A stretch of DNA of 64,000 nucleotides from Candidatus Hermodarchaeota archaeon. Lineage in GTDB: Archaea; Asgardarchaeota; Hermodarchaeia; Hermodarchaeales; Hermodarchaeaceae. Made by a program: the position numbers and the translations under genes. Positions 19,829-29,462 of the stretch are shown in pieces (the first letter of the stretch is position 1; every line of letters starts with the position of its first letter). Under the pieces are notes generated by a model that was given only the letters and a program-made list of their open reading frames with translations, made no database searches and was not told the DNA's origin. The stretch covers positions 32,001-96,000 of the forward strand of contig JAEOTO010000006.1 in NCBI GenBank assembly GCA_016839805.1. The letters are read 5' to 3'.

Positions 19829-20233
19829 GTGTTGCCGATGACCGAACCGGACCTCCCTGAAGACCCAATGGAAGCTATTATGCAGATCCTTAGAGAGGCT
19901 GAACAAGGTGTTGATGGAATTCGGGGAGTGGCGGTCGTTTCTACAGATGGTCTTCCAATGGCTAGTGCGGTTGATGCGAAGATCGGGGAAGCTGAGTTAG
20001 CAGCTTTAGCTTCCTCCATGTTATCAATTGGATCAACAGCCATAGACAATCTCAAGAAAGGTGAACTGGATAGCATTTATGTGAAATGTGATAAGGGCTA
20101 TATTCTTCTCAGATACAGCGGACCGCTTGCCGTTGTCCTTTTTATCACAGAGGAGAATGCAAGGCTAGGACCCCTCTTACTTGAATTAAAGCGCACTGCT
20201 CAACGTCTTGAAAAAATGCTAGGGTTTGGTTAA
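19829..20233 (+). CDS. Roadblock/LC7 domain protein
   Basis: GVAVVSTDGLPMAS, LAALASSML, LDSIYVKCDKGYILL, ARLGPLLLELKR. Confidence 0.92.
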   Translation: MLPMTEPDLPEDPMEAIMQILREAEQGVDGIRGVAVVSTDGLPMASAVDAKIGEAELAALASSMLSIGSTAIDNLKKGELDSIYVKCDKGYILLRYSGPLAVVLFITEENARLGPLLLELKRTAQRLEKMLGFG

Positions 20234-20256
20234 TCCATCTAGTTTCGGTTGGGTTC

Positions 20257-21048
20257 CTAAAACCCTAAATGCTCAATAACAGCTTCAACGCCGATGTCCT
20301 TTCTAATGCTTGTACGGAACACCACAAGCTTGGGGTTAATCTGTTTTGCATCCCGTTCGAGCTGATCAACATCAACTTCCATGACTTCAGCCAAATCGAT
20401 TTTATTAATTACAAGAATATCTGCTTCATGAAACATCACAGGGTGTTTTTGAATCATCCATGGGCCCTCTGTAACACTGACAACTACAAGTCGAAGATGA
20501 CTGCCTAAGGGGAAATCTGCAGGGCATATCAGGTTCCCAACATTTTCAATAATCAGTATCTTCGTCGAAGCCAAATCAATCGATTGCAAGGCTTTTTGAA
20601 TCAACTTTGCGTCAAGATGACACTCAACTCCAGTATTAACTTGAATTGTTCGAACTCCCTGTTGGGCAATGCGATCTGCATCAATGGTAGTTGTGACATC
20701 ACCTGCAATCACAAGAATCTCATCTCGGCGATGGGCCAGTTTTCGGGAAATTGCCTCAACTAACGAAGTTTTTCCTGATCCAACACTCCCCAAAATGTTG
20801 ATAGTGCGGATTCCATGTTTTTCAAAAAATTGTAAATTATTGCGAGCGAGTTTTTTATTGCGTTCCATGAAATTTTCTTCTAACGTAATATCCACAGTTT
20901 CACTGCTAGGAGGATGTGAATGTCCATGATGATGACCATGTGCATGGTCATGATGGTGTTCTCCCTCATCTGGTGTGATTACAATTGGCTTTTCTTTCTT
21001 ATCTTCTGGCACTAGTGCGTTACCTCCATACAAGAGATACTCATCCAA
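20257..21048 (-). CDS. hypB: Hydrogenase nickel incorporation GTPase
   Basis: His-rich N-terminus, GSVGSGKTS, ECHLDA, ENVGNLICPA, INKID. Confidence 0.93.
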   Translation of the reverse strand: MDEYLLYGGNALVPEDKKEKPIVITPDEGEHHHDHAHGHHHGHSHPPSSETVDITLEENFMERNKKLARNNLQFFEKHGIRTINILGSVGSGKTSLVEAISRKLAHRRDEILVIAGDVTTTIDADRIAQQGVRTIQVNTGVECHLDAKLIQKALQSIDLASTKILIIENVGNLICPADFPLGSHLRLVVVSVTEGPWMIQKHPVMFHEADILVINKIDLAEVMEVDVDQLERDAKQINPKLVVFRTSIRKDIGVEAVIEHLGF

Positions 21049-21164
21049 CTGTTCTTTTTCAATTATTCCATCATTCTAGGAGTCGGATAATAACCCGACT
21101 CAAATCAGTTCTGTTTTAAATATATAGAAGGTGCACCATAAGAGATGGGGTTGGAGGTCTTTCG

Positions 21165-21965
21165 GTGCAGGCACTTCATATTACTGAAACTCGAGCCATT
21201 GTACCAGTTACTCGAAAACTTTCGCAACTTCGATTTACATTAGAAGATTTGATTGGACCAGCTGCTGCCTCTGCTGAGGAAGAACCAGAAGCACCAGGAG
21301 GTCTACGAGGACGTTTAAGTAGCCGGCGAATAGGGCAATTACTTCCGAATGCCGTCTTACAATGTCAGAAAGCCTCTTCAGAGTTTATTGAATTGAATCT
21401 AACATACGATCGAACGGTGCGAATTCCTGAATATGTCACTCGAGAAAGACGCTATAGGACCTTCACATACACCGCCAGTTCTGAGATTCTTTGGCGTCCT
21501 GAAACTGGTTTTTGTTTTGTCATGGATATACCCAAGCGGGCAATCAAAGCAGTAACTTGGATATTATCGTCAGCAGTTCTGGGCTATCCCGGTCGGTTAT
21601 CTAGCTACGATTTAAGTCAAGCTAAAATGCGTAAAGTAATTCAGTTTCTAACAAAATCATCACCAGGTGGACCGGGTGAACTTGTTCGTGCCGTCTTTCG
21701 AGATATTGAAATGAACGGAAACTTTTTCGAGGAAGTGAATATTCGCGCGCGGGATTTGAATAAATTAGATCTGTATAAAGAAGTCGTAAAAAGCGCTGGG
21801 CATATTCACGCAATTAGTTTTGTCACACCTATCATTATGGATATTGGGCGCGCTCTTGTATGTCGAATGGATTCAAGTGGTGCAATGCAGATTTACTCTC
21901 AAAGACTAGCCTCTGATTCGCTACGCGCCCTCCTTCTCTGGCTTGAGGAAATGTTTGCGAAGTAA
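21165..21965 (+). CDS. Hypothetical protein
   Basis: 266-aa ORF with GGAGG SD upstream of GTG; no recognised motif. Confidence 0.65.
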   Translation: MQALHITETRAIVPVTRKLSQLRFTLEDLIGPAAASAEEEPEAPGGLRGRLSSRRIGQLLPNAVLQCQKASSEFIELNLTYDRTVRIPEYVTRERRYRTFTYTASSEILWRPETGFCFVMDIPKRAIKAVTWILSSAVLGYPGRLSSYDLSQAKMRKVIQFLTKSSPGGPGELVRAVFRDIEMNGNFFEEVNIRARDLNKLDLYKEVVKSAGHIHAISFVTPIIMDIGRALVCRMDSSGAMQIYSQRLASDSLRALLLWLEEMFAK

Positions 21966-22057
21966 TCTAAAGACACTATACGGATAACCTGGCATCCACT
22001 AAGCTTATTTGTATCTGGTTAAAGGTAAGGAACACTGCTACGTGAGGAAAGCTGCTT

Positions 22058-22948
22058 ATGGTTATTATCACAAGTGGAAGCCCGTCCAAAACACTTGCAT
22101 GGAAAGTTGCTCAAAAACTTAATGCCACATATCTCGACACCGAAGTGAAGCGATTTCCAGATGGAGAAACATATCTTCGATTTTTGGGTAAAGTTGAAAA
22201 AGAAGACGTTATTGTCGTCCAATCACTTGGGCACCAACCCAACCATTATCTTGTAGAACTATTCCTTATGCTCGATGCTCTCAAGGATCTTCAAGCAAAA
22301 CAAGTTACTGCCGTTCTTCCCTATTTCGCCTACGCTCGCCAGGACGAACGTTTCAAATCCGGCGAAGCTGTGAGCCTCAAAACGGTAAGTCGCCTTGTTG
22401 AGGCTGCGGGTGCAGATAATATTTTCACAATAGACTCTCATCGTCACCGAGTCGTCGATCAGGATGACTTGACCACTGTACCTCTACAAGATTTGACCGC
22501 TATGGCTGAATTAGCAAAGTACATGAACTCAAAGTATGATCTGCACAATCCGGCAGTAATTGGACCTGATGCTGAAGCAGGAGCATGGGCAAAAATCGCG
22601 GCTGACGCCATTTCAGTAGAATATGATGCGTTGGAAAAGAAGCGATTCGATGCTGAAACAGTTGAAATCAAGCCTCGACGCCTTGATATTGAAGGTCGGG
22701 ATATCCTTATTGTTGATGATATAATCAGTACGGGTAATACAATCATTAAAGCCATAGATGTCTTGAAGAAAAATGGCGCTAAAGACATCTACGTTGCCTG
22801 TACACACCCTCTCTTAGTTCTCAATGCTCTCGTTCGCATATATCAGGCTGGCGCTATTGAGGTTGTTGGAACCGATACGGTGCAATCAGCTATTAGTAAT
22901 GTCTCCGTAGCTCCTGTCATTGCAAATGCCATTAAGAAGATGAAATGA
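22058..22948 (+). CDS. prs: Ribose-phosphate pyrophosphokinase
   Basis: RFPDGE, PYFAYARQD, IVDDIISTGNT. Confidence 0.95.
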   Translation: MVIITSGSPSKTLAWKVAQKLNATYLDTEVKRFPDGETYLRFLGKVEKEDVIVVQSLGHQPNHYLVELFLMLDALKDLQAKQVTAVLPYFAYARQDERFKSGEAVSLKTVSRLVEAAGADNIFTIDSHRHRVVDQDDLTTVPLQDLTAMAELAKYMNSKYDLHNPAVIGPDAEAGAWAKIAADAISVEYDALEKKRFDAETVEIKPRRLDIEGRDILIVDDIISTGNTIIKAIDVLKKNGAKDIYVACTHPLLVLNALVRIYQAGAIEVVGTDTVQSAISNVSVAPVIANAIKKMK

Positions 22949-22951
22949 CTG

Positions 22952-23227
22952 GTGAACCCAAGAATGGCCTCTCAAACACGAAAATATTGGAAAGCACTCA
23001 AATGTCCTGTATGTGGTCAACGTGCTGTCTTTTACGTAACAATGGCAGCAGTGAAGGATGCTACCCAGTATCCAGTACCATTTGAAGTGATCCACGAAGA
23101 CCATAAGTTCCTCATTTACCTTGATTCCGGTCTTTTGATTAGCCGAATTGAAGAACCTCAACCACCACTATCCTCCCCATCACAATCAACGAAAAAGAAG
23201 AAAACAAAAAGGAAAAAGACTAAATAA
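22952..23227 (+). CDS. Small putative Zn-binding protein (CxxC...HxxH) with basic tail
   Basis: KCPVCGQ...IHEDHKFLIYLD. Confidence 0.6.
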   Translation: MNPRMASQTRKYWKALKCPVCGQRAVFYVTMAAVKDATQYPVPFEVIHEDHKFLIYLDSGLLISRIEEPQPPLSSPSQSTKKKKTKRKKTK

Positions 23228-23251
23228 TGCACCATAATCTTTCAGCGTTAA

Positions 23252-23353
23252 AGCCCGGTAGTGTAGTGGTCAATCATCCGAGGCTCTGGGTCCGTCACTA
23301 TAATACGGTGGAGACACCTTGGGACCGCGGTTCGAATCCGCGCCGGGCTACCA
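23252..23353 (+). tRNA. tRNA-Gln(CUG) with 26-nt intron at position 37/38 (23290-23315) and encoded CCA
   Basis: Acceptor AGCCCGG/CCGGGCT with A1-U72 typical of archaeal tRNA-Gln; anticodon stem CGAGG/CCTTG; CTG at 23286-23288; T arm CGCGG-TTCGAAT-CCGCG. Confidence 0.93.
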
Positions 23354-23367
23354 CTTTTCTGTTGATA

Positions 23368-23916
23368 TTATCGATCAAAGAAAGGACTTTTTCCACTTGC
23401 CGCTAATGGGATGCCAATTACGATTGTACAATCAGGCATAAGCTTGAGCTGATATGCCCCTACCCCTGCACGAAAGAATATGCGATTATCCACATTATGA
23501 ATTTGTGCAGTTTTAACCGCGCTACCGATAGCGATGCCTAAATCGAGAGCTTTGATAATACAAGTAGGGCCTGCAAAGAAGGTTCCTTCTTTTCGTCCTG
23601 CTTTGAGCATCTGTCCGCAATTTTCGTATCCACATGCGCCGCACTGAGTACCTAATGCCTTAGGACCTTTTAACCCAATCAACACCAAGGCATTACATAG
23701 TTCAACATTTTTTGCATCCCGCGTCCAGTGGTCGTCTGGATTTTTTGCTATCTTATGCATTTCCTTGGCGACGGCATCTTTTTCCTTTCCTGTGAGAATC
23801 ATGGTTTCGATATCATCGGCCCCTTTTCCCTTGGGAGCTGTTCGTGCGGCAAGTAACATAAGCCGTGCAACATCGATTACGGATTTCTCTTCTTCTTCCA
23901 GACCTTGGATTCGCAT
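23368..23916 (-). CDS. DUF2148 ferredoxin-domain protein
   Basis: AARTAPKGKG, CGACGYENC, DLGIAIGSA, VDNRI, GKSPFFDR. Confidence 0.85.
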   Translation of the reverse strand: MRIQGLEEEEKSVIDVARLMLLAARTAPKGKGADDIETMILTGKEKDAVAKEMHKIAKNPDDHWTRDAKNVELCNALVLIGLKGPKALGTQCGACGYENCGQMLKAGRKEGTFFAGPTCIIKALDLGIAIGSAVKTAQIHNVDNRIFFRAGVGAYQLKLMPDCTIVIGIPLAASGKSPFFDR

Positions 23917-24106
23917 AATAACACCGATGACAACAACAAGGGTCTGAGCCTTTAGTGTTTACCATCAACTGAATCAATTATACTAGCAACAAACCAATCC
24001 TCTTTAAAGAATGGTTGAAACAACCTTCACGTGATCAATGCTGAACTAACAAAAATCTAAAAACCGAATTTTTATTGTAACTGCTGGCTAGTTATTAACC
24101 CAATCA

Positions 24107-25135
24107 GTGGGTAACAATTTCCAGTATGAGGTAAGCTTCTTGTCAAGATTAATTCGGGTCTCTGTGGGTACAGCAGCAGTACTGAAGTTAGTTCATTGTA
24201 AACTCGACGCCCAACCCACAACTGCATACACGATGACTTTCTCAAAAAACCGGTGTATTGCTAATTGTGCTTTTTGTGCACAGGCTAGCGGAAGTGAAAC
24301 AAAGGCAAATCGTCTCTCACGGGTAACTTGGCCCAAGTTTGCTCTCACCCAATTTATTAACAACCTTTCACTAAGAAAATTCCAGGCACAATTTCAACGG
24401 CTTTGTGTTCAAACAATCTGTTATCCAAATCTAATCGATGATCTAAGGTACGTTACTGAAACATTTTCCCAGAAACTTCCAAATATTCCCCTTTCTTTAG
24501 CTCTACCTCCTATCGGAAAAAAAACACTACAGGACTTTTTCGATATGGGTATCGATCGGATCGCTATCTCACTCGATGCCATAACACCTACCATTTTTGA
24601 TAGAATTAAGGGGACAGGTGTTAACGGTCCCTTTACTTGGAATCAACACTTCCAAGCCCTCAAGTCGGTTTTATCGGTTTTTGGTCCGGGTCGAACTACC
24701 ACTCATCTCATTATTGGACTGGGTGAAACAGAAAAACAAGCAGTAAAATTAATCCAAAAACTAACAGACAAAGGTATAACTATCGGTCTTTTTCCATTCA
24801 CACCAATAGCTGGAACTCGGTTAGAAAACCATAATCGCCCTGATATCGACCATTATAGACGCATCCAATTAGCTCACTATCTCATCCAAAATCACAAAAT
24901 CGAAGCTGCACAAATGCAATACAATACTCAGAATCAGCTTAGCAACTTTGGACTCTCAAATAAGGTATTAACTACAATTATCACTCGGGGAGAAGCATTT
25001 CAAACTGCCGGCTGCCCCTCCTGCAATCGTCCCTTCTTTACTGAAAAACCTGGAGGACCTCTTTATAACCATCCAACACCACCAGACGCACAAGGACTCG
25101 ACGCAATTCAGAAACAATTAGGAGGATTACTCTAA
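24107..25135 (+). CDS. lipS2: Radical SAM lipoyl synthase subunit LipS2-like
   Basis: CIANCAFC; C-terminal TAGCPSCNRP matches the TxGCPxC(N/D)RP LipS2 motif; adjacent ligase. Confidence 0.82.
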   Translation: MGNNFQYEVSFLSRLIRVSVGTAAVLKLVHCKLDAQPTTAYTMTFSKNRCIANCAFCAQASGSETKANRLSRVTWPKFALTQFINNLSLRKFQAQFQRLCVQTICYPNLIDDLRYVTETFSQKLPNIPLSLALPPIGKKTLQDFFDMGIDRIAISLDAITPTIFDRIKGTGVNGPFTWNQHFQALKSVLSVFGPGRTTTHLIIGLGETEKQAVKLIQKLTDKGITIGLFPFTPIAGTRLENHNRPDIDHYRRIQLAHYLIQNHKIEAAQMQYNTQNQLSNFGLSNKVLTTIITRGEAFQTAGCPSCNRPFFTEKPGGPLYNHPTPPDAQGLDAIQKQLGGLL

Positions 25136-25138
25136 ACC

Positions 25139-25936
25139 ATGGTCCAATTATGGCGACTAATACGCACCGGAATCTTCAACGCATTCGAAAACATGGCCAT
25201 TGACCACATTTTACTCGATGCTCTTCATAAGGATACAGCTGCAAACACCATTCGATTTTACCGTTGGAATCCCTCCGCAGTGTCCATTGGACGATTTCAA
25301 CATCTAGAAGATGAGGTAGATGTGAACGCTTGCCAAGTACTCAATATTGACGTTGTCCGTCGCATCTCGAGCGGTGGCGCTGTATATCACGACTTTGAAG
25401 GTGAGCTCACCTATAGCATTCTTTGCCGCATTGATAATGCCCAACTACCAACTGATATCATCGAAACCTACCAACACTTATGCAATGGACTGTTGAAGGG
25501 ACTCAACCGGCTCGGTATTCGAGCAAAATTTTCTTCAGGATCTGAAACCTTCTGTCCCAATCTATTTGTAAAAAAACGAAAAATTTCTGGGAACGCTCAA
25601 TCACGCCGTGGTAATACCCTCTTACAACATGGCACAATTTTACGCCAACTTGACCTCACTAGAATGTTTGCAGCACTTAAAGTAAACAAAAGCAAAGCTG
25701 ATGCTGAAGTAATGAAAAAAGCAGCAACTCGTATAACATCACTTCAACATGAACTCGGGAAGCCTCCTACATTTGGACAAATTGAAGAGGCTCTAATCGA
25801 AGGTTTAGCCGGTGCCTTACCCGCCAGGTTTTATGAGGAAGGATTAACCGAAGCTGAACTCCAATCTGCTCGCAAAATTGCTGCCTCCTGGTACGCGAAG
25901 CCCGAATGGACTTTTCGGCGGGGGTTTCAACAATGA
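25139..25936 (+). CDS. Lipoate/octanoate-protein ligase (LplA/LipM family)
   Basis: ENMAID, RFYRWNP.AVSIGRFQ, VVRRISSGGAVYHD, KISGNAQ, LQHGT. Confidence 0.9.
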   Translation: MVQLWRLIRTGIFNAFENMAIDHILLDALHKDTAANTIRFYRWNPSAVSIGRFQHLEDEVDVNACQVLNIDVVRRISSGGAVYHDFEGELTYSILCRIDNAQLPTDIIETYQHLCNGLLKGLNRLGIRAKFSSGSETFCPNLFVKKRKISGNAQSRRGNTLLQHGTILRQLDLTRMFAALKVNKSKADAEVMKKAATRITSLQHELGKPPTFGQIEEALIEGLAGALPARFYEEGLTEAELQSARKIAASWYAKPEWTFRRGFQQ

Positions 25937-26892
25937 TCCCTTTTTCCAAACCTGAAACAATCTTGAAATCCTGGTTCACTACTCCTCGTTCCGAACTCGC
26001 CGAATTGTTTAGTCAAGCTCAACACATCACTGAACGGGTGTTCAATCGCCAAATCACAATCTATAACCCTGGATCACAATTTCCTGCAATTTCAATTACT
26101 GGAAAACACTGCCAATTAAACTGTAAACATTGTGAAGGACACTTTCTCCACCAAATGACCCCTCTAATACGTCCAAATGATCTACTGGCCTTTTGCCGAG
26201 AATTAGCTCAAAAAAATGGTGTAGGCTGCCTAATTAGTGGTGGCTGTGATTCAGAGGGCACTGTCCCGCTCACACCCTTTATCTCAACCCTCAAAAAGAT
26301 TAAACAAACAACGAAGCTTTTTCTCAACGTACATACCGGTTTCCTTGATTATTCAGATGCAAAACTTCTGGCTGAAACAGGGATTGATTGCACCTCAGTG
26401 GACATTGTTGGTGATATCTCAACCCTCCATGAAATATACGGGCTTTCCCGGCGCTCAATTGACGACTACATTACGACCCTGAAAGTACTTGAACAAAACC
26501 AAATACCAGTTACTCCACACATTTGTGTTGGTCTCCACCAAGGTCAACTAAAGGGTGAACTTGCAGCTCTTGAACTAATCAAATCCGTTCTACAACCACG
26601 AGTCCTCGTCATAATCGCCTTGATGCCAACTCAGGGAACGTCTATGGCTACCAGCCCAGCCGCAAATCCTCTGGACGTTGCTAAAGTGTGTGCACTTACA
26701 CGGCTTCTTTTTCCAAGAAGTGAGATTGCTCTTGGGTGTATGAGACCTCGTGGGAGTATCCGACGAGAAACCGAACAGCTAGCAATACGAGCAGGTGTAA
26801 CGCGATTGGTACAACCTACCAAGATGACTATACAATATCTTCGGGAGAACGATTACAAAATTCAAACTAAGAATGCATGTTGTGTTATGTAA
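25933..26892 (+). CDS. lipS1: Radical SAM lipoyl synthase subunit LipS1-like
   Basis: CQLNCKHC, LISGG, GCMRP and C-terminal CC motifs; ATGA overlap with the ligase stop. Confidence 0.82.
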   Translation: MIPFSKPETILKSWFTTPRSELAELFSQAQHITERVFNRQITIYNPGSQFPAISITGKHCQLNCKHCEGHFLHQMTPLIRPNDLLAFCRELAQKNGVGCLISGGCDSEGTVPLTPFISTLKKIKQTTKLFLNVHTGFLDYSDAKLLAETGIDCTSVDIVGDISTLHEIYGLSRRSIDDYITTLKVLEQNQIPVTPHICVGLHQGQLKGELAALELIKSVLQPRVLVIIALMPTQGTSMATSPAANPLDVAKVCALTRLLFPRSEIALGCMRPRGSIRRETEQLAIRAGVTRLVQPTKMTIQYLRENDYKIQTKNACCVM

Positions 26893-26923
26893 TTTCTGAA
26901 CTTCTGAGCGAGTTTAGAAAATA

Positions 26924-27541
26924 CTATATGCTTTCGCGGGAGATTTCAACGCCCTTGGAATCAGCAACAGCGATTTGAATCGAACCACCTGACGCAATAT
27001 CTCGTTTTCGAGCGGCATTCACAGACCGCATCACGAGCTGTTTTCCCTCGTCAATGGACATATCTTTGCGATACTCATCTTCAAGAACACCATAAGCCAC
27101 AACAGATCCACTTCCTGTTGCCGTGAACTCCTCTTCTTCCAACATACTCCCCAACGGATCTAACATGTAGATGTGTCCGCCTTCATCATCAACACCCCCC
27201 ACAATGAGCATCGCTATCAAGGGAAACATACGGTTTCGAAATAGAATAGAGGAGGTTAATCGTGAAATGGCTTTAACAGAAAGTTCGCGTCCCTTTTCAA
27301 GAGCCTCTAATTGTGCAATAGCTCGTACGCTATTGACAAGCTGCTGAGCGTCCGCGACTGAACCAGAAATGGTCATCGCTGTGTGGTCCGTAATTTGGAG
27401 AATTTTTGGGGCTGTATCACTGGCAACCAAGTATCCCATTGTAGCCTGCGATTCTGTACCAAGAATAATGCCACCATTTACCCTTACAGCAACGGTTGTA
27501 GTATGAGACATTAATCGATGTTTGTCACTTTGTTCCATCAT
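26924..27541 (-). CDS. psmB: Proteasome beta subunit
   Basis: Short propeptide then TTTVAV; MTISGSVADAQ; ATGSGS; RDIASGG. Confidence 0.93.
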   Translation of the reverse strand: MMEQSDKHRLMSHTTTVAVRVNGGIILGTESQATMGYLVASDTAPKILQITDHTAMTISGSVADAQQLVNSVRAIAQLEALEKGRELSVKAISRLTSSILFRNRMFPLIAMLIVGGVDDEGGHIYMLDPLGSMLEEEEFTATGSGSVVAYGVLEDEYRKDMSIDEGKQLVMRSVNAARKRDIASGGSIQIAVADSKGVEISRESI

Positions 27542-27723
27542 AACGGATTCACTCTCTAACGCATTGAATCTTTGCCCACGAATATGCGTATCAATTTAAG
27601 TCTTCTTCTCTTTTTGGTTTCAAAGGCTCGCAATCCTTAAGAACTTCTGGGATATGGCACGTCAAAACATTTTTAGCTGGAACTCTTCTCGTCTCCTGCG
27701 TTTAACTGTAAGGTGAACTTTCC

Positions 27724-28410
27724 ATGGCTTTCCGACCTGAAATTCATGCTCCCCAATCAGGAGATTCTCGTCGCGGACGAGGATTTAGTTTTCAAGAATT
27801 AAAAGATGCTGGGCTTAGTCTTGCTGACGCCCGTTGGATGGCTATCCCAATTGATAATAGACGTAAGACTCATCATCCTGAGAATGTCGAGATGCTTAAA
27901 GACTATATCAAACGGATTAAGAAGCTTGGAAAGGGTGCAAAGGCTGCTAAACCCAAGGCTAAGGTCGAGAAAGTTGCTCCTACCAAAACTACACCTATTG
28001 ATACAGACTTGACTGAACTTTCTGGTGTTACGAAGAAACTAGCTGAAACACTAGCCGTTGCTGGAGTAACTGATATTCATGACTTAGCAACTATCTCACC
28101 CCGACGACTTGCTAGAAAAACTGACCTTAAACGAAACCGAGCAGAGAAGCTTGTAGAAACTGCCAGACAATATCAACGAGAAAGGGCCAAAGTCGCTCGG
28201 GAAGAAAAGGCTAAGATTCCTAAAATCACTGAGATGAAACATCTCCCAGAAATTACTGGTGATGATATGAAGAAATTAAGGGAACTTGGAGTTGAAACAC
28301 TCGAAGATCTCAAAAATGAAAATCCGCGAGACCTTTCGTTAATCACCGGTATATCTGAAACCCGAATCAAGGAATGGCGAAAAATTATCCGAGCGCTGGA
28401 TAAACAATAA
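27724..28410 (+). CDS. rpl13e: Ribosomal protein L13e fused to two helix-hairpin-helix domains
   Basis: RRGRGFSFQELKDAGL...IPIDNRRKT..ENVEML, then LTELSGVTKKLAETLAVAGVTDIHDL and KKLRELGVETLEDL...ITGISETRIKEW. Confidence 0.85.
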   Translation: MAFRPEIHAPQSGDSRRGRGFSFQELKDAGLSLADARWMAIPIDNRRKTHHPENVEMLKDYIKRIKKLGKGAKAAKPKAKVEKVAPTKTTPIDTDLTELSGVTKKLAETLAVAGVTDIHDLATISPRRLARKTDLKRNRAEKLVETARQYQRERAKVAREEKAKIPKITEMKHLPEITGDDMKKLRELGVETLEDLKNENPRDLSLITGISETRIKEWRKIIRALDKQ

Positions 28411-28433
28411 AACCAAATATCTTCAGTGCTGGA

Positions 28434-29429
28434 CTAGCTCCTTTTTTCTAGATACTCTTCCCAGGGTAGGACCTGTTCTGTTGAATACCATCCAAAGGCT
28501 CGATAAAGGATTGCAATTGCACCTTGTGGTGGAATTACACCTTGTTCAGTGATAATTGCGTCAATGAATTCTGGAGGAGTCACATCAAATGCTGGATTTC
28601 TTACACTAACATGCTTCCACCTCGCAAGTTTGTCTTGTGATATGACTTCTGCTGTATCCCTCTCCTCGATTTCGATAAGCTCTCCTGCCATTGTTGCCGG
28701 ACTGAACTTGTAACTTTCAGCTGCGACATAAAAATCAACACGCGCCTCATTTGCCGTAAGCGCTACCAAACTTGTCCCAATCTTGTTAACCACAGCACCA
28801 TTAGCTGTAATCGCATCAGCACCAACAAAAACCTTGTCTGCACGACTCATAAGATACCGAATAGAATTATCTGTGATTAGTATAGCCGGGATCCCTGCCT
28901 TATCTAGCCATGTAGCCGTAATGTGTCCTTGGTATTTCGGTCGAGTTTCAGGTACATAAACAGTGAATTTTTTACCCAGCGAAAATGCAGCTTTCAGCAC
29001 ACCAAAAGCAGTAGCACTGTTACAATAGGTAAAAATGATATCTCCATCCACAATTAAACGTGCACCGATTTCCCCGATCGTTTTCACCGCGTTATTAGAC
29101 ATATCAATGAAACCGGTTCCGATTTTGTTTGCCTCTTTCTTTAATTCCCCGATCTTTATGATCTGTTCAGCTTTAGCAATTAAGCGTGTATAAAAATAAC
29201 GTAACCCGTTTGGTAAAGAAACTGCTGTTGGTCTAGTCTCATGAAGTATCTGAGCCGCAAGAGCCACATCTTGAAGGAGTTTGTTAACCTGCCTTGCCTT
29301 TGACTTTTCTGTAGCAATCATTAGGCCTTTAACAGCAGCCCGTGCGATACGACCTGCACCTCTGGTCCGCATTGAGCGAATATCATCAGCAATTGCTTGG
29401 GTTTCAGCAGGAACTTTAGCCATGACCAT
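28434..29429 (-). CDS. Ribose-1,5-bisphosphate isomerase (eIF-2B family)
   Basis: RGAGRIA, RPTAVSLPN, TYCNS, ETRP, VGADAI, VNKIGT, NPAFDVTP. Confidence 0.88.
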   Translation of the reverse strand: MVMAKVPAETQAIADDIRSMRTRGAGRIARAAVKGLMIATEKSKARQVNKLLQDVALAAQILHETRPTAVSLPNGLRYFYTRLIAKAEQIIKIGELKKEANKIGTGFIDMSNNAVKTIGEIGARLIVDGDIIFTYCNSATAFGVLKAAFSLGKKFTVYVPETRPKYQGHITATWLDKAGIPAILITDNSIRYLMSRADKVFVGADAITANGAVVNKIGTSLVALTANEARVDFYVAAESYKFSPATMAGELIEIEERDTAEVISQDKLARWKHVSVRNPAFDVTPPEFIDAIITEQGVIPPQGAIAILYRAFGWYSTEQVLPWEEYLEKRS

Positions 29430-29462
29430 CGCCGAGCCATTTAATACATCATCAGGGTATTA

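Noticed and set aside
23290-23315. T7-promoter-like words (CACTATA, TAATACG)
   Set aside because: Wrong order and located inside a normal tRNA intron; coincidental.
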